Of a DNA stretch of 64,000 nt, positions 1 through 12,200 are shown piece by piece. A program made the position numbers and the translations under genes. This DNA comes from Tubiluchus corallicola. Its lineage: Eukaryota > Animalia > Priapulida. The stretch spans positions 45,648-109,647 of the forward strand of contig JAQGDQ010000705.1 of assembly GCA_030141605.1 (NCBI GenBank), given 5' to 3'. Position 1 is the stretch's first letter. The number at the start of each line of letters is the position of its first letter. The notes under the pieces were generated by a model that searched no databases, had not been told where the DNA came from, and worked only from the letters and a program-made list of their open reading frames with translations.

Positions 1-119
1 ATACAGTGTATGATGTTATCACGATGGAGGCAGAAAAATGCGGCAAAAATTTCGTTTTGGCAATGATATTAAATCAGTAGGTTACATAAAACAACTAAAG
101 TAGCGAGCAATTCACCAAC

Positions 120-1041
120 CAACAATTGCTATGTTGAGTGATTCCCTTTCTCTAAAGACAGTATCCAATTGAATTTTTCCTACTTCAGATCGCATAGTTG
201 TTTGTGCCAGCTGTGTTATAGCATACTCTGGATCCTCCACACCATAACTTGCCTAAAAATAATTAAATGATTAGCCCATTTTCTTTACATATTCTAATTC
301 TTTTAGCAACCGCTTCAAGAGTTGGAGAAGTGTTAATATCTTCAATTTTTATCAGCGACATTTTGTTAGTTTGGAAACTAAAGTTAAACAAACCTATTCT
401 AAAAGTAAATATATAGGACATTTTGAGCACAAACAGTTGAAATAAAGTTCCATGTGCAAATAAAAAAGCTTCACGTTTTAATATTTACTGAGGCATAAAT
501 TGGCTTAATGCTTAAGTACATTATCTATGTTACAGACAAAGTGTGAAGTTGGGTATTCTATAAAATGCCTAGGCATTTTACAGAATGCCAAAACAAACCA
601 GGTAAACTGTCTAAAATAGCTCTTTCTACACTTTTCCTAGGCATTATATATGTTACAGGCAAAGTATGAAGTTGGGTATTCTGTAAAATGCCGAAATAAA
701 TCAGGAAAGCATCTAAAATAGCTCCATCTACACTTTTCCTAAGCATTATATACAATGCAAAAGTCTCTCTAGGTAAAGCGTGTAATTTTTAGATTTTAAG
801 TATACCTTTCCTATGCATTTCATAGAATGTTAAAAAAAAATTTTTAGTTAAGATAGAAATAAAGCAAGTGTTCAATTGTTCTGATATAATTTTCCTTGAC
901 ATTATATATAAAGCTAACTTTATTTTAGGAAATGTGCGAAATTGGACCAAGTCATGTTTCAACGTTCCCGCAAATTTCTGTGACTTGTTGCTTGTTTTTT
1001 TCATGTCCTAGAATTTTGTCATTCCTCTTCTGTGCTGAATG

Positions 1042-1135
<94 letters not shown>

Positions 1136-1414
1136 CTGCTGTGCAGACTGCAATTCATAAAATGCTCTCTTTTAAATGGTCTGATTTTAATCTGTTTCAT
1201 AAAATATGTTCTCTGCATATCAAATTCCTATTATTAACCTCTCCTTCCATGACAATACCAGTCATAGCCATTTATTTCTGCACAACACGCAAAATTGTAT
1301 TTACGTAAGTTCCAAGCCTTGCATTTAAAAAGATTATTTAGGTTTAATTCCTCTTCTGTGCTGAATGGAGAGAGAGAGAGAGAGAGCGAGAGCGAGAGCG
1401 AGAGCGAGAGCGAG

Positions 1415-1506
<92 letters not shown>

Positions 1507-4500
1507 CAGAGAGAGATGATCTGCTATTATTAACCTCTTCTTCCATGACAATACCAGTCACAGCCATTTATTTCTGCACAACATGCAAAATTGTATTTAC
1601 GTAAGTTCCAAGCCTTACATTTACAAAGATTATTTAGGTTTAATAAATTTGTGCCTAGTGCTAAGAATGTTGGTATGCATAAATTGACGATTCTTCGTAA
1701 GAACTTTACTGAATCCAGCTGCAGACAATTTCTAGTTATGGAAAGAGATCCATCTGGTTGAACAGCATGTCTGATGTTGCACCCATTTACCAGTATAAAA
1801 ATTAACTCACGGGCTTGACAGCTTGCTTAGTTTCACACATTGGCTAAGTCGTTGTACGTACTCTATACAATGCCTAAGTATGCTATAAAATATCTAGCAA
1901 AAGCTTGATTCAACATGAATTATGTTCATTTTGCACTTTGCCAAAGTCACTATATGCATTTTATATAAATCCTAGCTATTATACAAAACACCTAGGCAAA
2001 GTGTGAAAAAGTCGCACCAGAAAGATTTATTTCACACTTTTCCCGAAATACATAGGTATTACATGAAATGCCCAGGAATTTTATAGAATGCCTAAATTTT
2101 ACTCGTTGACTGTAACTTGTACAAAGCAGAAGTCTCTCTAGGCAAAGTGTGTAATTCTTATATACATTATGAAAGAAAATAATTGTATTTTTTTTTTTAC
2201 CTTGTATGGATCAAACACTCTCAAGTATAGTACACCATCAATATTTAGAGTGACATTATCTGGAATAAACATACTATTGCTGAATAATCAGCACAAACAG
2301 TAGCAACACAAAAAAATAATTTTAAATTGTGTGGATGACAGAAAAATAATAATTCTAATAGAACTTAGAGAATTTGATGCAAGTTTATAAGCAACAAGAG
2401 AAGCACAGCTTTTACAAACAGACACAAGTGCAGTAATCTAAAACAAAAGTAATACTGACCGACAGTGATAGCACTTTGCTGAGGTATTTCAATGGCTATT
2501 TCCTTCAGGCTTTGTACGTATTTGACTTTATCAACAACTGGTAAAAGCAAGTTAAATCCCTGTCCAAAGAAAAATCAAAGATCTCATTCAAACAGACAAT
2601 TAGAATATTCCAACTATGACAGAAATGTTACTGAGCATATTACACATGATACAAAACTTTACTATGTATATTACACATGATACAAAACTTTACTACATAT
2701 ATTACACATGATACAAAACTTTACTACGTATATTACACATGATATAAAACTTTACTAAGTATATTACACAAGATTACAAAACTTTACTGAGTATATTACA
2801 CATGATACAAAACTGAAATAGAAACAAATATTTGGAACATATACTTTCTTCAACATCTACAACTATCTACATCCACTTTGAGACACATTATTAACAGTGC
2901 AGTCATCACTGACTGGTATGCTGCCATGCAGAAAACTCTAAAGTTGGAAATTTTGATTGACTGAACCACTTGTAGAAAACTCTAGAGCTGAATGTGTAGA
3001 GACCTTGAAATAGATACTTTTAGACTGAATTATACGACTGGTTCACTCTGGCAGTTAAAGCAAGAGGAGAATAGAAAACTGCATTGAACTGTGAAACACT
3101 TTACTTGCTATATGCACTATTTACATGAAAAGGAAGACACATATGGTGACAACTCAGCAACAATAATCAAGAGGAAAAAAGCCCAGGCTGACCTTGGCAG
3201 AACTACCCAAGTCACATGCACCTACTGAGCTCACCCGATTGCCTAGTAAAACTCAATAGCGATCTTCACTACCATGTATAGGAAGCCCAGCTGGTACAGG
3301 TGACTGAGCAGCACAGACCAAGGCCACAACCTGGATTAAACTTCAGTCAAGTTACAATAATAAACAATTATAAATTTAGGCAGCACCCCATGTTTAATTA
3401 TTGGTAGTAGTGCTTTCAGTTATAAATTGCAAATGAAAATATGTGACATGCCACACTGCTTGTCGCAATGCGCATTTTTATATTAAATTGCTTGTCAGTT
3501 GCACATATTTTAACGGCAATAAAGAATTTATCTTTATATATCTATCTATCACCAACATATCTATCTACTTTATCTACTTTGGTAAAGGAAATTAAAATTT
3601 TCCTTGCTATTCATGTTTGAGATCATGTTAATCATATCAGCAAACGAATGTTATGGCTCAGGTGGTTGCTTCTTTTTTTGCATGAGCAATTGCAATCTGT
3701 TTGCAAGTACTTGTTGTTCTGGAAAATATTTACGTTATTTTTTATCTTTGCAAATATCATGTATTATTGTAGTTAGCAAATTCAACTTTGTCATAATTAT
3801 TTTTTTTTGGAAAAATATTCCAGTGGCATATTAACACCACTAGTGTTTATTTAGGTCTATTAATCTTTTATTTTATTGGGTAATTTGCCTGACAAACACC
3901 TAGCTAGCAGAACCATAAAACTTGGATATCAGCAAATTGTTGCACAACTTTTTGCCTTCAATAAAGAGTTGCTGGGTTTTTAATATGATACATTTTGCAT
4001 CACCTGATGCATATATAATGAAACTATTCTTACAGGATCCAGGATGCGATGAAATCTTCCCATCCTTTCCACAACCCAAGCCTCTTGTTGCGGTACAAAC
4101 ATCATTACAGTGTTAATAGGTTTACCCGATTTGAACCGCAAACTGACACGGTGCGTATAGGCAGCTTGCCACAACAATGATTGCTGAAAAATAATTAATA
4201 AGTCATATATAATAAATTAACCGATAAACTCCAACAAGCACTCTATATATACATATATAGTAGCGGAATGTTGACAAAAGGCTGCGACACAACAGCAAAC
4301 TGCATAGAGCACAATGTTAAACATAGTACCAGACGATAATGTGACAGTATGCTTTAGCACAGGTGCCAAAGAAGTTGACAGAACTATCTCTAATTTAAGC
4401 AACAGCAGCTCCGATAAGTTAGCTGGCTTACTGATGAAATTCATGTATATGGTTAATTCTGCTAAAGCTCATTAACACACATCAGATATCTTTTTGCACT

Positions 4501-5326
4501 CTATTCTATATGTAAGCAGTACAACACAGGTGGGTAGCTTTGGAACTAATTTTGCCTCTACTACATATACAAAAATATAGCAGCTTGCTGAATCACATAC
4601 AATGTACAAGGTATGTCAGTCAAAATTTAACAAAAACAAAGTTTATACTCGTAAATTATACACATCTAAGACTAAGCACAAGAAGTGCTACTTTGTTAGA
4701 AAGTTGCTTGCATACTAATTTTATTGATTATATTTTAATTCAGAATAACGAATTTCAATATCAGAATTTACATAAGACATGCTAAATTATAAAAACTTTG
4801 AAGACAGATTATTTTTTTTATAAAATTTAGAACACTATACCAATTTCATGTACCGGGATACCATTATTATTGTATTTCAATATTAATACAATGAACCTAA
4901 CATAAATATTAAATACATCAGCAGCAACATGATGATGACTTTGTAACAAGATTTGAATAAAATTATGCCAAGTAAAAAACAAAAAGTAGCTCCTTTCGAT
5001 GGTTTACATAATCAAGGTATTATGTTACTTAAAACATAAAAAATCAGTGTTCTACAGTGGGTTCAAAAATAATGAGTTTCAGGCTTTTGCTGTGATTTAG
5101 CACTACCTGGCAAACAATACACAATTCAGACAGGTGACAACAATGTTGCAAATAGATGCAACAGTTAACTGAAAAAGTCCGAACTAGCAAAGCAAGTATT
5201 TTTTTGTTTAACTTGCGATGGGCAAAAATGCAATACAAATGAATTTTTGATATAATCAAAATTCACACCAACCTGCAACTGCTTTGCTGGCACGTTCCGG
5301 CAAGTTTTAATTAGTGATAATGCCAT
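120..5326 (-). CDS. STOML2: Stomatin-like protein 2 (mitochondrial SPFH/band-7 protein), 5' five coding exons; gene continues off the left edge
   Basis: Exons 5326-5273, 4183-4034, 2559-2460, 2259-2201, 252-120 with GT-AG boundaries and matching phases. They translate to [10 protein letters not shown]...[120 protein letters not shown], the characteristic SLP-2 sequence. Confidence 0.95.
525..800. repeat. Degenerate internally repetitive element, with a related copy at about 1975-2160
   Basis: GTTACAG(A/G)CAAAGT(G/A)TGAAGTTGGGTATTCT occurs twice. GCA(A/G)AAGTCTCTCTAGG(T/C)AAAG(C/T)GTGTAATT occurs at about 757 and about 2126. Confidence 0.6.
1021..1644. repeat. Tandem duplication (about 300-325 bp unit), each copy containing a long (GA)n microsatellite
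   Basis: ATTCCTCTTCTGTGCTGAATG-(GA)n-ATGATCTGCT...ATTATTAACCTCT...GTAAGTTCCAAGCCTT...GATTATTTAGGTTTAAT is present at 1021-1346 and 1347-1644. Copy 2 has a (GAGAGC)n sub-array and lacks about 90 bp present in copy 1. Confidence 0.9.
2628..2813. repeat. Minisatellite, about 30-32 bp unit, about 6 copies
   Basis: Repeated TATTACACATGATACAAAACTTTACTA(C/T)GTA in STOML2 intron 2. Confidence 0.9.
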
Positions 5327-6251
5327 GATTTTTTAGACAAGTCTTCAAGCTTGATTGTCGGTATCACGTCTTTACGGAAGACGGCAAATAAATGATTTAA
5401 TCCTAAAAGTGAGCGTCTCTCGTCGTTAGACGACAAAATCTGAAAAACCAATACTTTATTTATTTTGCAGACAAAAATATGGTCCTTTTAAAGGAAAGTA
5501 TCCAACAAGTTTTAGGACATTTTACCAATAATTATGGTAATCATTCGCAATATACGAACACGAATTCTTGTCATCTTACCTCCCACCTAATGAATTTGGC
5601 TCCTGGCACCCTGGAAAATTATGCGACGTACGTTGCTAACGGGAGAAATGTGCCAAAGCTAAGCCAAACTTCTGCAACTGATCTCAGTCATTCAGAAACA
5701 TCACATATCTACCTGTTTAAATGCTAGTTGTATCTACATCTAGTTATGTAAAAATTTATTAGGCCTACGATACCCCTACGTCTAATCTCTAGTAATAACT
5801 TTTAGTATTTACAGTTTTAATTCACAGCAACAGCAGTAGGAAAATGTCTGACAACTGTCTCGCCTAGGTGTATAATACACACCAAGTCTTTACAATGAAA
5901 TTTAAACGCTGATGAAACTCAAAACATTGCAAATTATTTTCCGTTTACAAAACGCACGTGTATCTCGAGTTGTTCACTTGTTTTCCGAGCACGTGTTCTT
6001 GTAGTCCTGGTAACGTATGTAAATATACCAGAGATGTGAGAAAGTAATCTTCCAATGTCTCTGAAATAAACGATGTATAAACTTCACTTTTGATTTTTTT
6101 TCTTTTCCGCATTATTAACTCTTTTATCAAATTTATTCCCTGCGTGTACGTAGAAAGCGTATCGTATCATCGTATGATGCACTACATCCTGGTAATATAA
6201 AAGACGTGGTGCGAAAAGTATTATAAAGAAACTTGAGGTAGCTGCGACGCC
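5327..6251. promoter_or_regulatory. Bidirectional promoter region between STOML2 and DNAAF4, with a candidate RFX X-box
   Basis: The start codons diverge about 0.9 kb apart and the interval has more CpG than its flanks. GTAGTCCTGGTAAC at 6001-6014 (reverse complement GTTACCAGGACTAC) has one perfect X-box half site. Confidence 0.55.
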
Positions 6252-9200
6252 ATGCCTTTGTTTATAAAAGACTTCACTTGGCAAGAAGATCTGCAAACGA
6301 TAACCATTGTCGTGCCTCTGAAAGGGATAAAAACTGCAAATGTTAGCCTTCTGTCATCACCTAACTACATTAAGGTTTGACAATATTTACCATGTATTCA
6401 TTCATTTTTAGGTAAAGTAATGTATGAACATGCTGCAATATTATCAAAGCAGGCTTACATGCAACTGCAAATAATGCAATTACAAGTTTTGTCACTGGTT
6501 ATTGTACCAGATAGTTTACCATAGTGGTAATGCATCTGCTTTCCATCTTGGAAGTCGTGAGTTCGAAACAGCAGTCGGTTTATACCAAAGATTTTAAAAA
6601 TGGTATCTGCTGTTGCCCTGCCTGGCGCGTGGTATTTAAGGTAAAAGTGGGTTAATAAAGGTCTCTGATATGTAGTTGTAGATCGTTATTTATAGTCAAC
6701 AATAATAGCTCTTTGAGCTAATGTTGATTGTTCACCCGAAAGCCGACTTTAAAAAAAGGTTATTATTATTATTATTATTAATTGAGAACTTGTTAGCCAT
6801 TGAGAAATTTCGCTTTTTACACAATATTCGTTTATTTTATTGCAGCAGGTATTTGAAGGTAAAAACAGCCAACGGATCTATTTAAAAGGGCTTCTTTACC
6901 CTTTCACTATTTTAGCTGGACCACATTGGCTTTTACGCATTTGACGATAACTTTTGTGCTGTGTTATTGTTGTTATAATAATAATAATAATAATTAATTA
7001 GATGTTTAAAATGCATTAACATTAAAATGGAGAAAGGTTTTTTAAATGCATAAATTCCAATATAAGTGCATATATACTAATGAATGCATATAATGTGAAA
7101 CTATGTTGTATAATTATGTAAATAAAAATCTTGTGTTGTGAACTCCTGTTCTTTCATTATGTAATCTTTGTCAAATTATTCTTTTAACTGCTGCAATTAA
7201 CAGTCTGTGGTAGTTAATTACATTATGTGCAGTTATACTCAGTTTTACTGAAGTTCTAGTGTATGTAGTTTTTAAGTACATTGTGCTTCGAATGTGCTCA
7301 TGCTAACTCTGACTGTGTTTGTGTAAATAAATTTATATGTAGTTAATATTTATTCAGTTTTCTTTTTGACTAGGTTAGTTTTCCACCTTATCTGTTTGAA
7401 CTGTTCCTCTATAAAAACGTTATTGAAGAGAAATCTATTGCAAAAGTGGGAAATGGCACAGTTGCCTATCTTCTAATGAAAACTAGCGCAGAACTATGGG
7501 GGCAATTATCACTTAACTGCACAGGTATTTTCTGCTTGATAATCTCTGCTATTGTTTCGATAGTTTAATCTTAATTTTTTTACATTTTTAAATTTAACTA
7601 ATCAGTTTATTTTGTGTTAGTAGGTAGTCTGGTAAAGATAGCTAAATACTTAGACTAACCTAAGTTGATTGATTGAATATCTTTATTGACATAAACATAT
7701 GATAATAACAATGTAATAATTCATGTGTTAATTAATACTGTAAAATGTTATTAAAGCTGTTTCCAGCCCACTTGGGCTTACAAGTCAATTTCATGAAAAT
7801 TTATCACATAATAACTGTGCAGTTCATTTACATAGAATATCAAATAAAAGAAAATATATAATATGGAATTTTAACATATACCTGAATGGACAAGTCATGT
7901 ATTAAATATATATCTTGCTTTGCCTCATTCTAAAAATCTTATAAGCATATTTTGCAGTCCTAAGGACATTCTCTTCTGACATAATATATTTCTAAGTATT
8001 ATATCTTGCCTCTTGGTGTCACAAACTATTTTCTCGTTTTTTGTTTCTTCATGTTAGACCAAAATATTAAGACGTGATTTTATTGTTCAGACAAATGCAC
8101 TCTTAACCAAATAAGACAAGAAGCACTGAAATATGCAGAAGTCAAATTACTTGCTGATAAAGAAGACAAGGCAAAGAGAAAAGATGAGGGACGACGCTAT
8201 GCTGTAAAAGAAGAGATGAAAGTAAGAGATATCAAATTTCATCAAATCTGAAACATGAACAAAAAGTTACTGTTAGTTATTCCTTTTTAATAAAGATTAC
8301 CATTAACAAATTTTGCTGATGGAAGGTGTTGCTGCTTGTTAGTTGCCAAACCAAAAGCAGGCTATTATCAGCCAGTATACAACATATCACTTATCAACTA
8401 TCCACTAAGCTGCTTATAGTTTATCTAAAATCCATCCTTCAATATTGACAATTGTGCAATTTGAGTTTAGTTATTGAAAAGTATTGGTTTGTTCCTTTTT
8501 GTTGGCATATCTTAAATTTATACTTGTTAGAACAACCATTGCACTTGGGTCTGTTATATGAAACAGAAGCGACTTTGCGGGTATATATAAATTATTGTAA
8601 CATTTGTATTTTAGATAGAAGCTGAAGAACGAGAACGAATTCAGTCAATAAAGACACAAGAGCAAGAGAAGCTTACTGCTGAGTTAGAACATTTCCTGAA
8701 ACCAGTACCAAATGAATCTTTATCTCAGGAAGCAGTCCAGAAGACTAGCAAAACACCAGAAGCCCGGGAAAACAACATTGTTGGAACACACACCTCAGAA
8801 ACCAGAACTGTGCAAAAGTCTAAAAAAGGTTTTGATGATTTGCAGTTTTCATATGAGCGACACATAAGCATAAGAAGAGGGAAAAATGATCATTCAACAA
8901 TAACGTGCTAATAAATACAGCTAATTTCTGTGTTATTCTACCTGTGCATGATTGTTACTTGTATGATTACAACAGCTTGCTTTGAGACAGCATGGTGAGC
9001 ATAATCTTGATCATTTAACAACACGTGACTTCTTACAGATGTGAAAAAAGCTGCAATGGCAGTAAGGAAAAAAGGAACAATTACTGTTTCTTTTACACCG
9101 AGATCTTTTCCGACTCCAGCTCGAGAGTCTCATACTCAGTTGGAGGAAGAGGTAATTTGGGCTTCTACTTTTTGCAGTCAAGAAGTGAGATAATGAAATA

Positions 9201-12200
9201 CTCTTATTTGACTTATAATTATGTGGTCAAGATTCAGGAAAATGATGTTGTTTTGTGTCATGATGTCATACGGCACCCATAGCCTCATAGGAAGACATTT
9301 TAAGCATGAGAACATTATGGTGGCTAACTGGGCTCACTAATGTACTCATGTGTTTGCTTAAGTACGTAGCATAAATTACATTTAAATGTAAATCTTAGCA
9401 TTAATTTCCTCTTGCATGATCATTTTGCACTTTATCCATTTTTTACTTAACAGATATTGTTCCCTATGAAAATATGTTTGGCAGTGCATGCAACTCCGAA
9501 AAGCTAATAAAATTCACTCTCAGCAAGTTCAGTTTTTTGTAACTCTTGTATATTAGTGATTTGCAAAGAATGTCATTTGCTATAAAGGCAAATATCTAAG
9601 CAAAGTCACTGAAATTATAAACGTATTTCCAGTGGTTAAAGAAACAAGCAGAAGCAAAAAAGTTGATGGAAATCGAAGATGAGAATCTTGAACCATCAGA
9701 AAAAGATCCAATGTGGTTGATGCAAAAAGGAATGTGAGTTATTACTTACTGCTGAATACCATCCTTTAACATAAGAAGATTTTTTTTCAATATGATAAAT
9801 CAATTTTTTGCTTTTCTTTGCACTAGAGTACCTGTATATCTACTGTTACTGTGCACTGAGTGGTGCTGACATCTGGTGATAAATTTCCATAAAATTGTTT
9901 TGCACGTGCATTTTGATTTAAAATAATCAAAGCTCATTAGATAAGTAATTTCAATAAATATGTTTTCATTTCTTTGCTTGCACAAGATCAGTGTATTAAT
10001 TTTGAGTTACCCTGCTAAACTGGCACATTTTGTTTGCACCATAATTTAGGTTTACATCTTTGTTTACATTTAAATTTGAACTTTTAGTAATTTATGGCTC
10101 TGCTATTTATTATTATTTTACTTCATAAATTGTTTATCTACAGCAGAATTGAATGGAAAATCTGCTGTTTTTAACTCAGTTTTCATTGTTTATTTTCAGT
10201 AACTTGATGCAAATTGGAAACATTGAATCTGCTATAAATGTGTTTACTCATGCCATACATCTAAATACAAAACTGCCAGAGTATCCTTTTTATTATAGAG
10301 CTTACTTATTTTATGCATCTTTTAGCATCTTTGTTTCACAAGTGAAATTGTTTGGTCTAATGTCAAGCTTCTATTGTGCTATCTTTAACTATCAGTGTTT
10401 GTCTGTAGTGTGTGTATAACTGAACTGGCATGTGTAATGACAAACACATCGTGGTTTGAAAGATATGATGGCTACATATAGCAAATAATTTCCTTGGTAA
10501 AGTCACATGAATTGCAGTTGCCTGAAGACCAAGGTATAGCAGTTTCGCAGCAATTGAAACACAGTGAATGGGCACTTATTAAAGTTGCTGTTTTGTTCTA
10601 TTCTGTTTCTCTACAGCAGTACTTCTCAACCTTTATGATCCACTTCCCCACTTAAAAATTCACCCCTAGCACTATAAAACATCAAATTACTAAAAACATG
10701 CTAGTTAAGTAGTGTTTCAAACTTATTCTGAAGAACACAGTGTCACGGATTTACACAAAGCGCAACAGAGATGTCAAGACCGTGGTTCAGTGAGAACCTT
10801 GTGCTTGGTGTTCTTGAACAAGGCTCTTAACATCTGGAACTAGCTTCGTTAATTTCAGGCGGAGATCGACACGTTCAGTATTGTCCAGACTGTCAAGATA
10901 TCTGCTACGGTGCTAAATGCACATTCCACAAGATACGACGTGGGGAACGGTAATAGCAAGTTTTGTGCTTGTGCACTCAAATTTGGATAGTTTTCAACGA
11001 TTTCTTCATCAAGCCACATGAACTGGCATTTTGCTCTGTGGATAAGTTCAGCTGATGAGTCATTCTGAAGATCAGCGAGTTCATTTTGGAACAGTTGCTC
11101 AACGTCACCGAGATCGACCAATTTATATTGAGTAAGCCACCCAGGAAAGTCCATCTCACTCAAGTCGACGAAACTCTGTGTGATGTCTGTTACCATACTT
11201 TGTAGGTGACGCGTGATCACAGTCAAGACCCTATCTGAAACATCATCACAAGAACTCAAACGAATGAGGTTCACGAACTCCCGCCTGGATATTTCCATTC
11301 TGTATTGATGAAGTTTGGTAACAAAACCGAATATTTTAGTTTCTGAATCCAGGAGAGTTTTGTTTGCACCTTGCAACTCCGCATTCAAACCGTTGAGCTT
11401 TCCAAAAATGTCGGCCAGATAACAGACTTGTGCTTTTGTTTCTTCCCTCCGTAAGACAGCCATTTTGTCTTTATCAGCCAGACAAACCGATCTAAGCAGT
11501 TCCCCTTCGACAGCCAACACACTTCTGTATGTAATATCAAGCGAACATGAGTTTCATCCATTTGGGAACAGGAGTCTTTGAAAAGGCGTTCTTGTTTAGC
11601 ATTTGCCTTGATTAGGTTGATACACATAACAACCGCTTTTATGACAGTGTTCAATTCTGGCGAAAGGTTTTTAGCCACAAGATTCTCTCAATGAATGACA
11701 CAGTGCACAGTCAACATGCCAGGATTTTCATCCTTCATCAACTTTAGAACTCCTTGCCGTCTACCCATCATAGCTGGAGCTCCATCCGCTGTGCACGACA
11801 TTACGTTTTGTAATGGAATACGTGATTCTGTCATGTATTTGGTATATATTGCATAGATATCTGCCAAAGTAGTCGTTGTTTTTAGCTGTTCGCAAAACAG
11901 CATCTCCTCCCTAAATTGTCCGTTCTCTACATATCACACATAAGTGAGTAGTAACGCTTCACTTCTGCATACTGTAGACTCGTCCATCTTAGTTGTTCAT
12001 GAACATCCATTGCCATTTTGTTGATTTGCCGGCATACGGTATCTTTACTGAGAGGGACTGAATCAACTCTGGCTGCCTCATCGCCCTTCTGCAGTACAGT
12101 GCGAGCAAATATTGATAATGCCGGTTTGATCAACTCTTCACCGATTGAATGAGGTTTTCCATTCTTTGCAATAAATAAAGATATTTCGTAACTGGCCGCC

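Noticed and set aside
952-1604. ORFs with SLSLSL/ERERER runs
   Set aside because: Translations of the (GA)n microsatellites inside a STOML2 intron.
2628-2813. Regularly spaced 30-bp repeats resembling a CRISPR array
   Set aside because: Units are contiguous with no unique spacers, the context is a eukaryotic intron, and there are no cas genes; this is a minisatellite.
6506-6580. tRNA gene
   Set aside because: A and B boxes are present, but I could not fold a cloverleaf, and the sequence continues into a SINE core and (TTA)n tail.
8976-8994. Possible DNAAF4 micro-exon (ACAG/...ATG/GTGAG)
   Set aside because: 19 nt would shift the frame and leave a 44-nt intron; exons 4 and 5 already join in phase.
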